Positions 55,271-64,000 of a stretch of 64,000 nt of DNA are shown piece after piece. The notes under the pieces were generated by a model, which was not told where the DNA came from, ran no database searches, and saw nothing but the letters and a program-made list of their open reading frames with translations. Source of the stretch: Coriobacteriales bacterium (GTDB lineage: Bacteria; Actinomycetota; Coriobacteriia; Coriobacteriales; UMGS124). Location of the stretch: the NCBI GenBank assembly GCA_017515595.1, contig JAFWFL010000120.1, positions 18,069 through 82,068 on the forward strand. The letters run 5' to 3'. Numbering within the stretch: position 1 is the first letter of the stretch; each line of letters begins with the position of its first letter. A program made the position numbers and the translations under genes.

Positions 55271-56708
55271 CGGTGTATGTGTCACCGCAAATGTTACATT
55301 GGTAGGTAATGTAACCGTCTGTAGTGCACGTTTGGTCTACCCACTCAATAATTTCATAGTCATGTACATGATCTATGGGAAGTTCGGGTAAGGTGGGAAA
55401 CTCAGGTCCCGGTTTAGGAATTAACGGCGGATCATCCTGCGGTAACACCGGAAGTTTTGGTGTTATAGCTGGGTAAGTGATTTCAGGCAGCGGTTTAATC
55501 TCAATTTTGCCGGTCAATGTCAGTTCTTTGTCTGACTGTTCAACTCCGTCGAGATAAATCATGCCGTTTACTGTGCAACCCGGTTCAAGTGTCAAACCGG
55601 CAATACAGCTTTCAGAGGTAATATTCCAAATAGCGCCGTCTTTAAGCGATACGTAAAGGCCGTGCTGAGTGTCATATGCGGTGTCGGTACAATAGTCTTC
55701 AAACCCCTCTTGCTGAGCGGCATTTTGCCAGGAGTCAAAGCCATATTGATTCAAAGCGCCGGTGAACTCGGTAGAAACAAGATCCAGCGTAAAGTCGCGC
55801 TGATAATCCTCATGAACAATATCGCCTGAGACTTCCATGTCCTTCAGAGTAACAGAGATACCGGGATAGCTCTCTCCATCAGGAACCGCAAAGCCTGAAG
55901 ATGTATCATCACTGATAACGGTTTGAATCAGATAACCGGTTCCGTTCTCGTCAGCAAAAAGCTCGCAAGCGTCAAGTGTTATCTCGGCATTGGTCGATTT
56001 AACGAGAATAACGCTTCCCTTGGTATGGTCAATATAAGCTTGCTCCTGATCTGTATAAGCCTGCTCCTGCTCTGGGTTTTCGGCCTTTATGTCAAGTGTG
56101 AGGTCAGTTTTTAAAACGGTATTATGAGCCTGGATGCTTGCTGATAAAAGCGCAAGGTCTTCTTTGAGATAGTCCTTATATTCCTGAGATAGCTCCTGAG
56201 AAGTGCTTTGAACTACCAAAGCACTACGCCCGCCCTCGACAAGTGTTCCGATCTTTTTATCTTCTTGTTTACTTTTGTCTGCGTCGCTCAATACTGCCGC
56301 AAGTTCCGTGTTGTTTTCTCCGTCAGAGATATTACCCAAGACAACTTTGCCGTAGGTATCAGATATGATGCCTGTCTCTGCGGCCTGGATACTGCTGCCG
56401 TATGCGAAGAAATTGCAGAGAAGACCAAGATAAACACCGCAGCCATCATCACCGGCAATCGTTTTTGATCCGTATAAATAAACAGCTGGTTCTTTTGCAT
56501 TTTCCTGGAGTACAGGCAGCGCGCTCTCAGAACGCGAAGCTCCAAGATCAGCAGACTCGACGGTAGCGTTAATGTAATAGCTCTGAGTGCTTTCCTGGTC
56601 TTCAGCAGCAAAAACCGTTGGTGCATTCTTAAAACACATGAACGCCGTGACGAGCATCAGGATAAGGCAAATACCCACAGCGCCTATCCTTTGAAGCTTC
56701 ATACTCAT
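54531..56708 (-). CDS. Secreted/anchored protein with C-terminal Cys-rich GHxW repeats (paralogue B)
   Basis: Signal or anchor MSMKLQRIGAVGICLILMLVTAFMCF. Six C-terminal units have the form GH(N/D/S)W-x8-C-x5-6-(Y/F)-x3-4-C-x2-C. GGGAGG lies upstream of the ATG. Confidence 0.6.
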   Translation of the reverse strand: MSMKLQRIGAVGICLILMLVTAFMCFKNAPTVFAAEDQESTQSYYINATVESADLGASRSESALPVLQENAKEPAVYLYGSKTIAGDDGCGVYLGLLCNFFAYGSSIQAAETGIISDTYGKVVLGNISDGENNTELAAVLSDADKSKQEDKKIGTLVEGGRSALVVQSTSQELSQEYKDYLKEDLALLSASIQAHNTVLKTDLTLDIKAENPEQEQAYTDQEQAYIDHTKGSVILVKSTNAEITLDACELFADENGTGYLIQTVISDDTSSGFAVPDGESYPGISVTLKDMEVSGDIVHEDYQRDFTLDLVSTEFTGALNQYGFDSWQNAAQQEGFEDYCTDTAYDTQHGLYVSLKDGAIWNITSESCIAGLTLEPGCTVNGMIYLDGVEQSDKELTLTGKIEIKPLPEITYPAITPKLPVLPQDDPPLIPKPGPEFPTLPELPIDHVHDYEIIEWVDQTCTTDGYITYQCNICGDTYTDIYPATGHNWEREGGSPASCTEPGFKAWVCTYCYESYFEYLDDAPALGHDWHFAGTVPPSCEEDGYDLYRCSRCGEEYANNFVPATGHNWEREGGSPPDCTHAGYKGWRCTVCGAEYLEYFEGGDPLGHDWYYVTTVPPTCEEDGYDLYKCSRCGEEYTDNYVPAAGHSWEREGGSPPDCTHAGYKGWRCSVCGAEYLEYFEGGDALGHDWYFVTKVLPSRGQDGYDLYKCARCGETYKDNFVPAN

Positions 56709-56750
56709 GATCTCAACCTCCCTTAAAACTAAGATGCCTTATATTACAAA

Positions 56751-58988
56751 CTATCCTTTGGGTCCGTCATAACCGCATTCGGCACAGGGATTTCCATAGT
56801 GGATTTCTGCCTTTATCGTACCGCATTCAACGCATACATAATAGTGATATACGGTATCGTATTCACCTGAGAGTACGTAAGTATGTCCGTATCCTTTATC
56901 AGTACCTACCGGAGCTCGGTAATTAAGATATAAGAGTTCACCGCACATCGAACACGTATACAAATCATAGCCGTAAGAAGAGCATGTGGGAGCTTTCATG
57001 TAACTGTACAAGAAATTATGCTCGATCTTTGGCACATTGTAATCACTGTACGTCTCGCTGCAGCGTGCACACTCATATATATCATGCCCTTCTACCTCAC
57101 AGGTAGGAGGAACAGTGACCTTGAGATACCAGTCATGTCCCAAAGGATCACTGATATATTCAAGATACGTATCCCCGCAATTGGTGCATACCCATCCCTT
57201 GAATCCGGGATGTGTACAATCAGCAGGGCTGCCACCTTCGCGTATCCAATTATGACCGGTAGCAGGAATGGGATCTGCGTAGCCTTCGCCGCAGTAAGAG
57301 CACTCGTAGTATACGTAGCCGTCAGTTTCGCATCCGGGAGCAAGATAATCGACAGCAACAAAGTCGTGGCCGGTCGCGGGATATATATCAGTATATGATT
57401 CCGTACATTCAGTGCATTGGTAGGTAATGTGACCGTCTGTAGTACACGTCTGGTCTACCCATTCAATAATCTCGAAGTTGTGTTCATGAGTCTCTGAAGG
57501 CTCAGGTGTTGTAGCCGGTGTTCCGGGTAACGGTTTAACCACAACATCACCGGTATATGACATTTCTTTGCCCGACTGCTCAACACCGTTGAGATAAATA
57601 ATGCCGTTAACCGTGCAGTCCGGTTCAAATTCAAGGCCGGTGAGATAGCTGTCAGCGGTTACATTCCAAACGGAGCCTTTGGCAAGTGATACGTAAAGCC
57701 CATGATGAGTGTCATATGCTTTGTCAGTGCAATAATCTTCAAAACCTTCTTTTTGGGCGGCATCTTGCCAAGCGGCAAATCCAAATTGATTCATAGCGCC
57801 GGTGAACTCAGAAGAAACAAGATCCAACGAGAAGTCACGCTGATAATCCTCATGAGCAATGTTACCCGAGACCTTCATGTCTTTTATAACGGCAGAAATA
57901 CCGGGGTAGCTTTCACTCTCGGGAACAGCAAAGCCTGAAGACGTATCATTGCTGATAACGGTTTGAATAAGGTATCCTGTTCCGTTCTCGTCGGCGAGAA
58001 GCTCGCAAGCGTCGAGTGTTATCTCGGCATTGGTTGATTTAACGAGGATAACGCTTCCCTTGGTATGGTCAATGTAGGCTTGTGCTTGTTCCGGATATTC
58101 AACATTCTTATCAAGTGTGAGGTCGGTTTTAAGAATTGTGTCATGAGCCTGAATGCTTGCGGACAAAAGCTGAAGCTCCTCTTTGAGGTAGTCCTTGTAT
58201 TCCTGAGAAAGCTCACGGGAAGTGCTTTGAACTACCAAAGCGTTACGTCCGCCCTCGATGAGCGTATCGAGTTCTTTGTCCGAATATCTGTTTTTGTTTT
58301 CATCGGTAAGGACTGCCCCAAGCTCAGCGTTGTTTTCTCCGTCAGAGATATTGCCTAAGACAACACTGCCGTAGGTATCAGAGATAATACCTATTTCTGC
58401 AGACTGAATATTGCTGCCGAATGCGAAGAAGTTGCAGAAAAGATCAAGATAAGCTCCGCAGCCGCCATCATTGGCGACAGCTTTTGACCCAAATAAATAA
58501 ACAGCGAGCTCTTTTGAGTTCTCCTGGAGCGCAGGCAGTGCTTTCACAGAGCACAAAACCCCAAGATCCGTAGACTCAACAGTAGAATTAATATAATAGC
58601 TCTGGCTGCTTTCTTGATTCAGCGTAGCGGGAGCGCTGCCGGCAATAAAAAGGCTGTCTCCTGAAGGAGCAGTTTGCGGCGTTGATTGAGTACGGATATA
58701 TGAGTCTCGTACAATGAGGTCAGAGCTGCCCAAAACCTGAACAGCAGGGTTATCATGGTTTATAAGCTGCAGATCATCAAGAACCTGATTTCCCAAACTA
58801 ATATTAAGCGACGCTTCCATGGCGCTGCTCTCATCATATTCGCCCACATAGCCATAGAGCGCATCAGTTTGAGAATCAGCTTCTGTAGCAAAAACCGCCG
58901 GTGCATTCTTAAAACCTATGAACGCCGTGGTGAGCATCAAGATAAAGCAAACAAAAATAACGTCTATCCTTTGAAGTCTCAAGCCCAT
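56751..58988 (-). CDS. Secreted/anchored protein with C-terminal Cys-rich GHxW repeats (paralogue A)
   Basis: Start at the ATG at 58988 (GGGAGG upstream). Long stretches are near-identical to paralogue B, for example DHTKGSVILVKSTNAEITLDACEL. Confidence 0.6.
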   Translation of the reverse strand: MGLRLQRIDVIFVCFILMLTTAFIGFKNAPAVFATEADSQTDALYGYVGEYDESSAMEASLNISLGNQVLDDLQLINHDNPAVQVLGSSDLIVRDSYIRTQSTPQTAPSGDSLFIAGSAPATLNQESSQSYYINSTVESTDLGVLCSVKALPALQENSKELAVYLFGSKAVANDGGCGAYLDLFCNFFAFGSNIQSAEIGIISDTYGSVVLGNISDGENNAELGAVLTDENKNRYSDKELDTLIEGGRNALVVQSTSRELSQEYKDYLKEELQLLSASIQAHDTILKTDLTLDKNVEYPEQAQAYIDHTKGSVILVKSTNAEITLDACELLADENGTGYLIQTVISNDTSSGFAVPESESYPGISAVIKDMKVSGNIAHEDYQRDFSLDLVSSEFTGAMNQFGFAAWQDAAQKEGFEDYCTDKAYDTHHGLYVSLAKGSVWNVTADSYLTGLEFEPDCTVNGIIYLNGVEQSGKEMSYTGDVVVKPLPGTPATTPEPSETHEHNFEIIEWVDQTCTTDGHITYQCTECTESYTDIYPATGHDFVAVDYLAPGCETDGYVYYECSYCGEGYADPIPATGHNWIREGGSPADCTHPGFKGWVCTNCGDTYLEYISDPLGHDWYLKVTVPPTCEVEGHDIYECARCSETYSDYNVPKIEHNFLYSYMKAPTCSSYGYDLYTCSMCGELLYLNYRAPVGTDKGYGHTYVLSGEYDTVYHYYVCVECGTIKAEIHYGNPCAECGYDGPKG

Positions 58989-59208
58989 AATCCCAACCTC
59001 CCTTTTAAATAAACACCTACCCACTCCCCATATATTTTCTGAACTAATACACCTCTTGTCAATTAATATTCTATGGTGTTTTGTATTCGGAGACTATCTT
59101 GCCCCTAAGGGGTTGTTTTGAGTCAGAAGTCACAGGCGGAGACCAATATTTTCAAGAAGTCTTCGAGAAAAGCAGTTTTATAAGTGCCGAGTGGGTGCGA
59201 GGACTGGA

Positions 59209-59248
59209 TACAAAACACCCGCCGCGTCTAATTCGAGCACGGCGGGTG
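59209..59248 (-). terminator. Rho-independent terminator/attenuator after the solute-binding protein gene
   Basis: The arms cacccgccg / cggcgggtg are followed by TTTTG on the minus strand. Confidence 0.55.
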
Positions 59249-59278
59249 AATCACTCAAAGTATACCGAGGTACAGGTA

Positions 59279-60838
59279 TTATTTTACGCTTGCGCCAATG
59301 AATACCAAACCGGTGGTAGCGATGGGCTCAAAGCCCTCAATCATATCGCTCCAGTAACCGGTTGCGAGCTCGCGGTGGAAGAGAGGATACAGCGGAACCT
59401 GCTCGGCAAGAATGTCGAAGCATTGGTTCCAAAGCTGCTGCTGCTCGTCGCCGGTTGCCTCGCGTGCAGCCTGCATGAGTTCCTGGAACTCTGCCCACTC
59501 GGGAGTGGAGTTCCAGCAAGAACGGCCGGCGGTCCAAATGTTGTCGCCGTACCACCAGCTCATGAGAAGGTCAGGGTCAGCGCCAAAGCAGCTCGGGTCG
59601 CCCGGGGTCAGCATGACATCATAGGGGAGGATGTCATCAGACGGAGCAAGCTGTGCCCACTGAATTGCCTCGGTGCGGAGAGAGGTCTTGATGCCCACGG
59701 CGTCAAGGTCGTTCTTGATCTGTGCCGAGAGATCGCTTACCCAGTTGTTGTTGCAGAGAAGCTCAACGTCAATGCCGCCCTCAAAGCCGGCCTCAGCAAG
59801 AAGCGCCTTTGCCTTGTCGGGATCATAGGTGTAAACGGTTGAAGCCTCATGGAAGTTGGGATAATGCTCGGGGAGGAAGCTCTTGAGAGCATGAGCATGG
59901 CCGCCCATGATGTTCTCGATAAGCTTCTCAACGTCGATGGCATAGAAGAAAGCCTGACGAACGCGATAGTCATCAAACGGCGGCTTCTTGGTGTTGAACA
60001 TAAGGAACGGCAGGCTGAAGCCAGGCTTGTAGTCTACCGTGATGCCGCTTGACTTGATGTCCTCAACGAGGGTGTCGGGTACGGCTTCCATAACCATTGC
60101 GGTGCCACCAATGAGGTTGACGTAACGAGAGGTGCCGTCCTTCTGGATGTCCCAGTGCATGTGGTCTGCAAGAGCGGGCTTTGAACCGTTGTAGTAGGGG
60201 TTCGGTGAGAAGTCAATGGCGCCAAGGTCGTCGCCGTTGATGCCTGCGTCATACATCCAGGGGCCGGAGCCAATGGGAGCAGCGGTGAGCTCTTCTGGAG
60301 TCATTGAAGCCGGGAAGATCTTAACAACGGCAAGACGGCCCTCAAGAAGTGCCTCAAACGGGAACTTCAGCTTAAAGGTAACGGTCTTCTCGTCCTTGGC
60401 CTCAACGGCGTCAATGAATGAGAGGAATGCGCTGTAGGTGTCATTGGCGATGTTGCGTGCGAATGACTCGACAACGTCAGCGGTGGTAACGTCTGAACCG
60501 TCGGAGAACTTAGCGCCGTCGCGGAGGGTTACCTCATACTCGGTGTCGCTGATCTTTGCGGGTGCGCCGGTGGCAAGTGCCGGATAGGTCTCATAATTGT
60601 GAAGGTCAAGCTCATAGAGGCCCTCAAATACGTGCCAGGTAGCACCAAGCATCAGAGCAGAGCTGCAGCCAACGGGGCTGTAGTTGGTGGAGCTGTAGGC
60701 GCAGGTAGCAGTGATTGTGCCACCTGCTGCATGGGCAAGCTCACCGTTACCGAGATTCCAATCTGCCAGCCCGGCAAGAGCGGCTGCTGCGGCGGTACCG
60801 GCAACAAATGTGCGGCGGGAAAGTGTGCGATCGTTCAT
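59279..60838 (-). CDS. ABC transporter substrate-binding protein, family 5 (peptide/nickel type); possibly sialic-acid-specific
   Basis: Tat-like signal MNDRTLSRRTFVAGTAAAAALAGL. It is 519 aa with a family-5 SBP pattern and heads the operon containing nanAKE. Confidence 0.8.
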   Translation of the reverse strand: MNDRTLSRRTFVAGTAAAAALAGLADWNLGNGELAHAAGGTITATCAYSSTNYSPVGCSSALMLGATWHVFEGLYELDLHNYETYPALATGAPAKISDTEYEVTLRDGAKFSDGSDVTTADVVESFARNIANDTYSAFLSFIDAVEAKDEKTVTFKLKFPFEALLEGRLAVVKIFPASMTPEELTAAPIGSGPWMYDAGINGDDLGAIDFSPNPYYNGSKPALADHMHWDIQKDGTSRYVNLIGGTAMVMEAVPDTLVEDIKSSGITVDYKPGFSLPFLMFNTKKPPFDDYRVRQAFFYAIDVEKLIENIMGGHAHALKSFLPEHYPNFHEASTVYTYDPDKAKALLAEAGFEGGIDVELLCNNNWVSDLSAQIKNDLDAVGIKTSLRTEAIQWAQLAPSDDILPYDVMLTPGDPSCFGADPDLLMSWWYGDNIWTAGRSCWNSTPEWAEFQELMQAAREATGDEQQQLWNQCFDILAEQVPLYPLFHRELATGYWSDMIEGFEPIATTGLVFIGASVK

Positions 60839-60962
60839 ACCATCCTCCTAAATAGAGCCCATCTTGATAGAACGCGCCCGCATCTTTGCGGAATCGCTGT
60901 TCAAAATAATACTCTAAAACCGTGTTTGTAGATAGGGGTATTTTGCAATGTCTATAGGAAAA

Positions 60963-61769
60963 TTACCCTTCGATCGCATCGATTGCGTTGAGAAATGCGG
61001 CCCGCAAGCCGGAGCGTTCAAGAGCGGCAACACCCTTAATGGTGGTACCGCCCGGCGAGCAGACGGCATCCTTGAGAGCAGCAGGAATGGTGTTTGTCTC
61101 GACAGCGAGTTTACCGGTGCCGGCTATCATTTGTCCGGCGAGCTCATATGCAAGCGTGCGGGGAACACCGTGTTTTACGGCGGCATCGGCCAGGGCTTCC
61201 TGGCACATGGCAATAAAAGCCGGTCCGCAACCGGTGATGGTACCGGCAATGCCCATAAGAGCGGTGTCAACCATAACAACACGGCTGACTTTGCCGAGAA
61301 GATCTTGCACAAGTTTAAGCTCGTCCGCATTAAGCGAATGAGCATTTTCGCAGATCCATACACCTTCGCACACGCGGACAGGCGTATTGGGAAGCGTGCT
61401 TATATGGTGCGTTCCGGGAGCAAGGATGGTTTCATATGTCTCATACGGCATATTGACCGCAACTGAGACAACGGTTTTACCGAGAAGCGCATCGCGAACA
61501 GGTTCAAGGACTTTGGCTACGAGATATGGTTTTACGGCAATAAAGATGAAATCTGCATTGGAAATAACATTCCGAGGAGATGCCTCGGCAATAATTCCCC
61601 GCATTTGAGCACGGGGAATGAGTTTCTCGTAAGAGTTAGCACAAACATGAATGTTTGATGCGGGAATCGCGTTTGCTTTAAGCAGGCCGTCAACGATGGC
61701 AGAAGCCATATTTCCGAATCCAATAAAGCCAAGCTTAAGGTTTTGATAATCAGGGCAAGAGTTCTGCAT
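60963..61769 (-). CDS. proC: Pyrroline-5-carboxylate reductase
   Basis: LGFIGFGNMASAIVDGL NAD(P)-binding motif, with the C-terminal PGGTTIKGV pattern. Confidence 0.85.
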   Translation of the reverse strand: MQNSCPDYQNLKLGFIGFGNMASAIVDGLLKANAIPASNIHVCANSYEKLIPRAQMRGIIAEASPRNVISNADFIFIAVKPYLVAKVLEPVRDALLGKTVVSVAVNMPYETYETILAPGTHHISTLPNTPVRVCEGVWICENAHSLNADELKLVQDLLGKVSRVVMVDTALMGIAGTITGCGPAFIAMCQEALADAAVKHGVPRTLAYELAGQMIAGTGKLAVETNTIPAALKDAVCSPGGTTIKGVAALERSGLRAAFLNAIDAIEG

Positions 61770-61939
61770 GGCAACCTCGTTTCACAGATAACCGATGTTT
61801 TGTCACTGAGCATACTATACCTGTTTCGTTTCTGCTGTGAGTCATGTTGAATTGCAGACTTCAAAAGTTGAACATACAATGTACAACAGGTAGGCGTATG
61901 GTTTATGCGTTTAATATGCACAATGCAGAGGAGTTAAAA

Positions 61940-63196
61940 ATGCCGCAGTATTCAGATGTTGTTGAGCGTTTTTTACGTTATGCCCGCACTGATTCTCAGG
62001 GTGATCCGCTTAACGAGACTCAGGTTCCCTCAACCCAGTGCCAGTTTAATATGACATACCTTTTGGCTGAGGAGCTTGCCGAGGTTGGCGCTCTCGATAT
62101 TACTACCACCGGGCATGCTTATGTTACCGCCCATGTTCCCGCATCTGAAGGCGCTGAGGATTTGCCCACACTTGCTTTGAATGCTCACATAGATACCGAG
62201 GCGAGTGTTCCCGGTAACGGCGTAAAGCCTCAGGTGGTAACTTATACCGGCGGCAAGCTTGTTATGGGCGTTGTTAACGATCGCGAAGTTTTTACTGATC
62301 CTACCATAAATCCCGAGCTCAATGATATGGTGGGTGAGCAGATTATATGTACAGACGGGAGTACGCTGTTAGGAGCAGATGATAAAGCAGGCGTTGCCGA
62401 GATTATGGCCCTTCTTGAGCGTATTCATAAGGATCCGTCTATTGCGCATCCAAGGCTCGCGATCTCGTTTGTGCCTGATGAAGAAATTGGCCATGGCGCC
62501 TCTTTGCTTGATCTCAAAGAACATGGCGCTACCTGGGGTTATACACTTGACGGTGGCCCGCTGGGCGTTATGAATTATGAAACATTTAACGCAGCGCAGG
62601 CGCGTGTGCATTTTGCGGGTTTCTCGGTACATCCCGGAACCGCAAAGAACCGCATGGTTAACGCGATTGATATTGCATGCGAGTTTAACAGCCTTATGCC
62701 CGGAGCGGCAAAGCCTCAGTATACTGATGGCTATGAGGGTTATATTTTACTCCATCGCCAGCAAGGAAATGTAGAAGAGGCAGATTCGCTTTATATCTTG
62801 CGTGACCATGACGCCCAAAAATTTGCCGCCAAAAAGGACCTTGTTCTTGAGGCAGCCAAATATATTAATCTGAAGTACGGCAAAGAGGTGGTAAGCGTTG
62901 AGATTCTCGACGAATATCGCAATATGGCCGAGGTCGTAACAAAGCATCCTCATTTGATAGAGAATGCCCGTAAAGCGTATAAAGACAACGGTGTCGAAAT
63001 GTGGACCGAGCCTATGCGCGGCGGCACCGACGGAGCTCAGCTTTGCTTTAGAGGCCTTCCGTGTGCTAATATTAGCGCCGGGTACCACAATGCTCACGGC
63101 GTTAAGGAGTTTGTGGGTGTGCGCGAGCTCGAAACCATGGTTGACGTTTTGCAGAGTTTGGTTGGTTTGTATGCGCAGCCGCAGAATGAAGCATAA
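61940..63196 (+). CDS. pepT: Peptidase T (tripeptide aminopeptidase, M20B)
   Basis: Start at the ATG at 61940 (GAGGAG upstream). The sequence VERFLRYARTDSQ..., LGADDKAGVAEIM, PDEEIGHGA and GGTDGAQL is typical of PepT. Confidence 0.9.
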   Translation: MPQYSDVVERFLRYARTDSQGDPLNETQVPSTQCQFNMTYLLAEELAEVGALDITTTGHAYVTAHVPASEGAEDLPTLALNAHIDTEASVPGNGVKPQVVTYTGGKLVMGVVNDREVFTDPTINPELNDMVGEQIICTDGSTLLGADDKAGVAEIMALLERIHKDPSIAHPRLAISFVPDEEIGHGASLLDLKEHGATWGYTLDGGPLGVMNYETFNAAQARVHFAGFSVHPGTAKNRMVNAIDIACEFNSLMPGAAKPQYTDGYEGYILLHRQQGNVEEADSLYILRDHDAQKFAAKKDLVLEAAKYINLKYGKEVVSVEILDEYRNMAEVVTKHPHLIENARKAYKDNGVEMWTEPMRGGTDGAQLCFRGLPCANISAGYHNAHGVKEFVGVRELETMVDVLQSLVGLYAQPQNEA

Positions 63197-63225
63197 GGCT
63201 ATATAACGAGAATGCCGGGTTATAA

Positions 63226-64000
63226 ATGAATTGGTTAAAGCAGACAGCAGGCAAAGTAATAGCTATTTTGAGCGTAGTGGCTCTCGTGTTGGTTTGCGTG
63301 CTATTTGTATCTTGGTTTGATTCTCGCGATGTTGTGATGAATAGCGACACGCCTGTCCAAAGAACTCCGGCATCTAATCCTGTTACAGAGGTTACTCCGG
63401 TCGAGAAGCTCTCTGTAGAAGAGAGCGATACCGCGAGAGAAACAAACCCTGTGCAAAACGGAACCGTTCAAAACGAATCGGTTCAGAGTGATACCTCCCA
63501 GCAGGAGATTCCTCAAAATGAAACTGTTGAGAATGAGAGTACCTCTGTAGACCAACCGGCAGACGAGGCGGCCGTGGCTCGCTTGATAGTTTGCCTGGGT
63601 GACAGCATTACCTATGGTATTGGAGCTGACACCGGCATAGATACCAATTCATGGCCCGCTGTGTTGAATGAACTTTTGGGTCCTCAATATGAAGTGCTTA
63701 ATTACGGAGTTCCGGGAGCCTATATTACCGACGGAACAGTTACGCCGTATAGAGAGTATCCCTATATTGACCGTGCGCTCGAACAGTATCCGAGTATGAT
63801 CATAATACTGTTTGGATCAAATGATTGCCGCGCTGATTCCTGGGATCCCGAGGGCTTTAAGGACTCTTATGCTGCAGTCATAGAGCAAATACGCGCTACC
63901 AGCCCGGGAACCGCCGTGGTTCTTTTGAGCCCTCCTATGGCTTACGAAGAAGAAATTTACGAGGGGGATCCATCTGAGGTAGCACGCAATGCGGTTATTA
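63226..64000 (+). CDS. Membrane-anchored SGNH/GDSL hydrolase (partial, continues beyond window end)
   Basis: It is absent from the ORF track because there is no stop in the window. The ATG at 63226 is followed by the TM helix VIAILSVVALVLVCVLFV, then LIVCLGDSITYG (GDS block) and ILFGSNDC (block III). Confidence 0.7.
   Translation, partial: MNWLKQTAGKVIAILSVVALVLVCVLFVSWFDSRDVVMNSDTPVQRTPASNPVTEVTPVEKLSVEESDTARETNPVQNGTVQNESVQSDTSQQEIPQNETVENESTSVDQPADEAAVARLIVCLGDSITYGIGADTGIDTNSWPAVLNELLGPQYEVLNYGVPGAYITDGTVTPYREYPYIDRALEQYPSMIIILFGSNDCRADSWDPEGFKDSYAAVIEQIRATSPGTAVVLLSPPMAYEEEIYEGDPSEVARNAVI

Overview
This is a 64-kb chromosomal window, probably from a Coriobacteriia-like gut actinobacterium. 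That guess is inferred from the GC-rich core genes, the Tat-exported flavoprotein reductases and the overall gene content. The core blocks are: an Elp3-like radical SAM gene, an ADP-ribosylglycohydrolase, an LRR/ART-like surface protein, an M4 protease, an addA/addB-like pair, icd, pepF, two Tat flavoprotein reductases, an aminotransferase, a LysR/PaaK-like unit, a nanA-nanK-nanE operon with a peptide-type ABC transporter, proC and pepT.

These blocks surround a visibly AT-richer accessory island at about 23.2-35.6 kb. The island contains three notable things.

1. A complete diversity-generating retroelement (DGR). Its 129-bp template (26501-26629) and variable region (25204-25332) differ at 17 positions, and every one is a template adenine. 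An AT-rich ORF with an Rx4H (HEPN-like) motif sits between the target gene and avd.
2. A three-ORF cassette of TIR / single-TM / beta-propeller proteins (28593-33245). The predicted topology resembles a Toll-like receptor. This is my best candidate for an undescribed system.
3. A large imperfect inverted segmental duplication bracketing that cassette (about 26321-28591 against 33483-35400). It carries Rpn-family nuclease copies, PAP2 fragments and avd fragments, with reciprocal deletions in the two copies.

Other unexplained structures are:
- a perfect 76-bp inverted repeat with a 103-nt centre between icd and addB;
- five copies of a 26-bp repeat around an AT-rich core in a convergent intergenic region;
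- a 21-bp perfect inverted repeat flanking 110 bp just upstream of the TIR cassette;
- two large paralogous Cys-rich-repeat secreted proteins inserted in the sialic-acid operon.

No rRNA, tRNA or CRISPR array was recognised. All family assignments come from motif recognition by eye and need HMM or structure confirmation.
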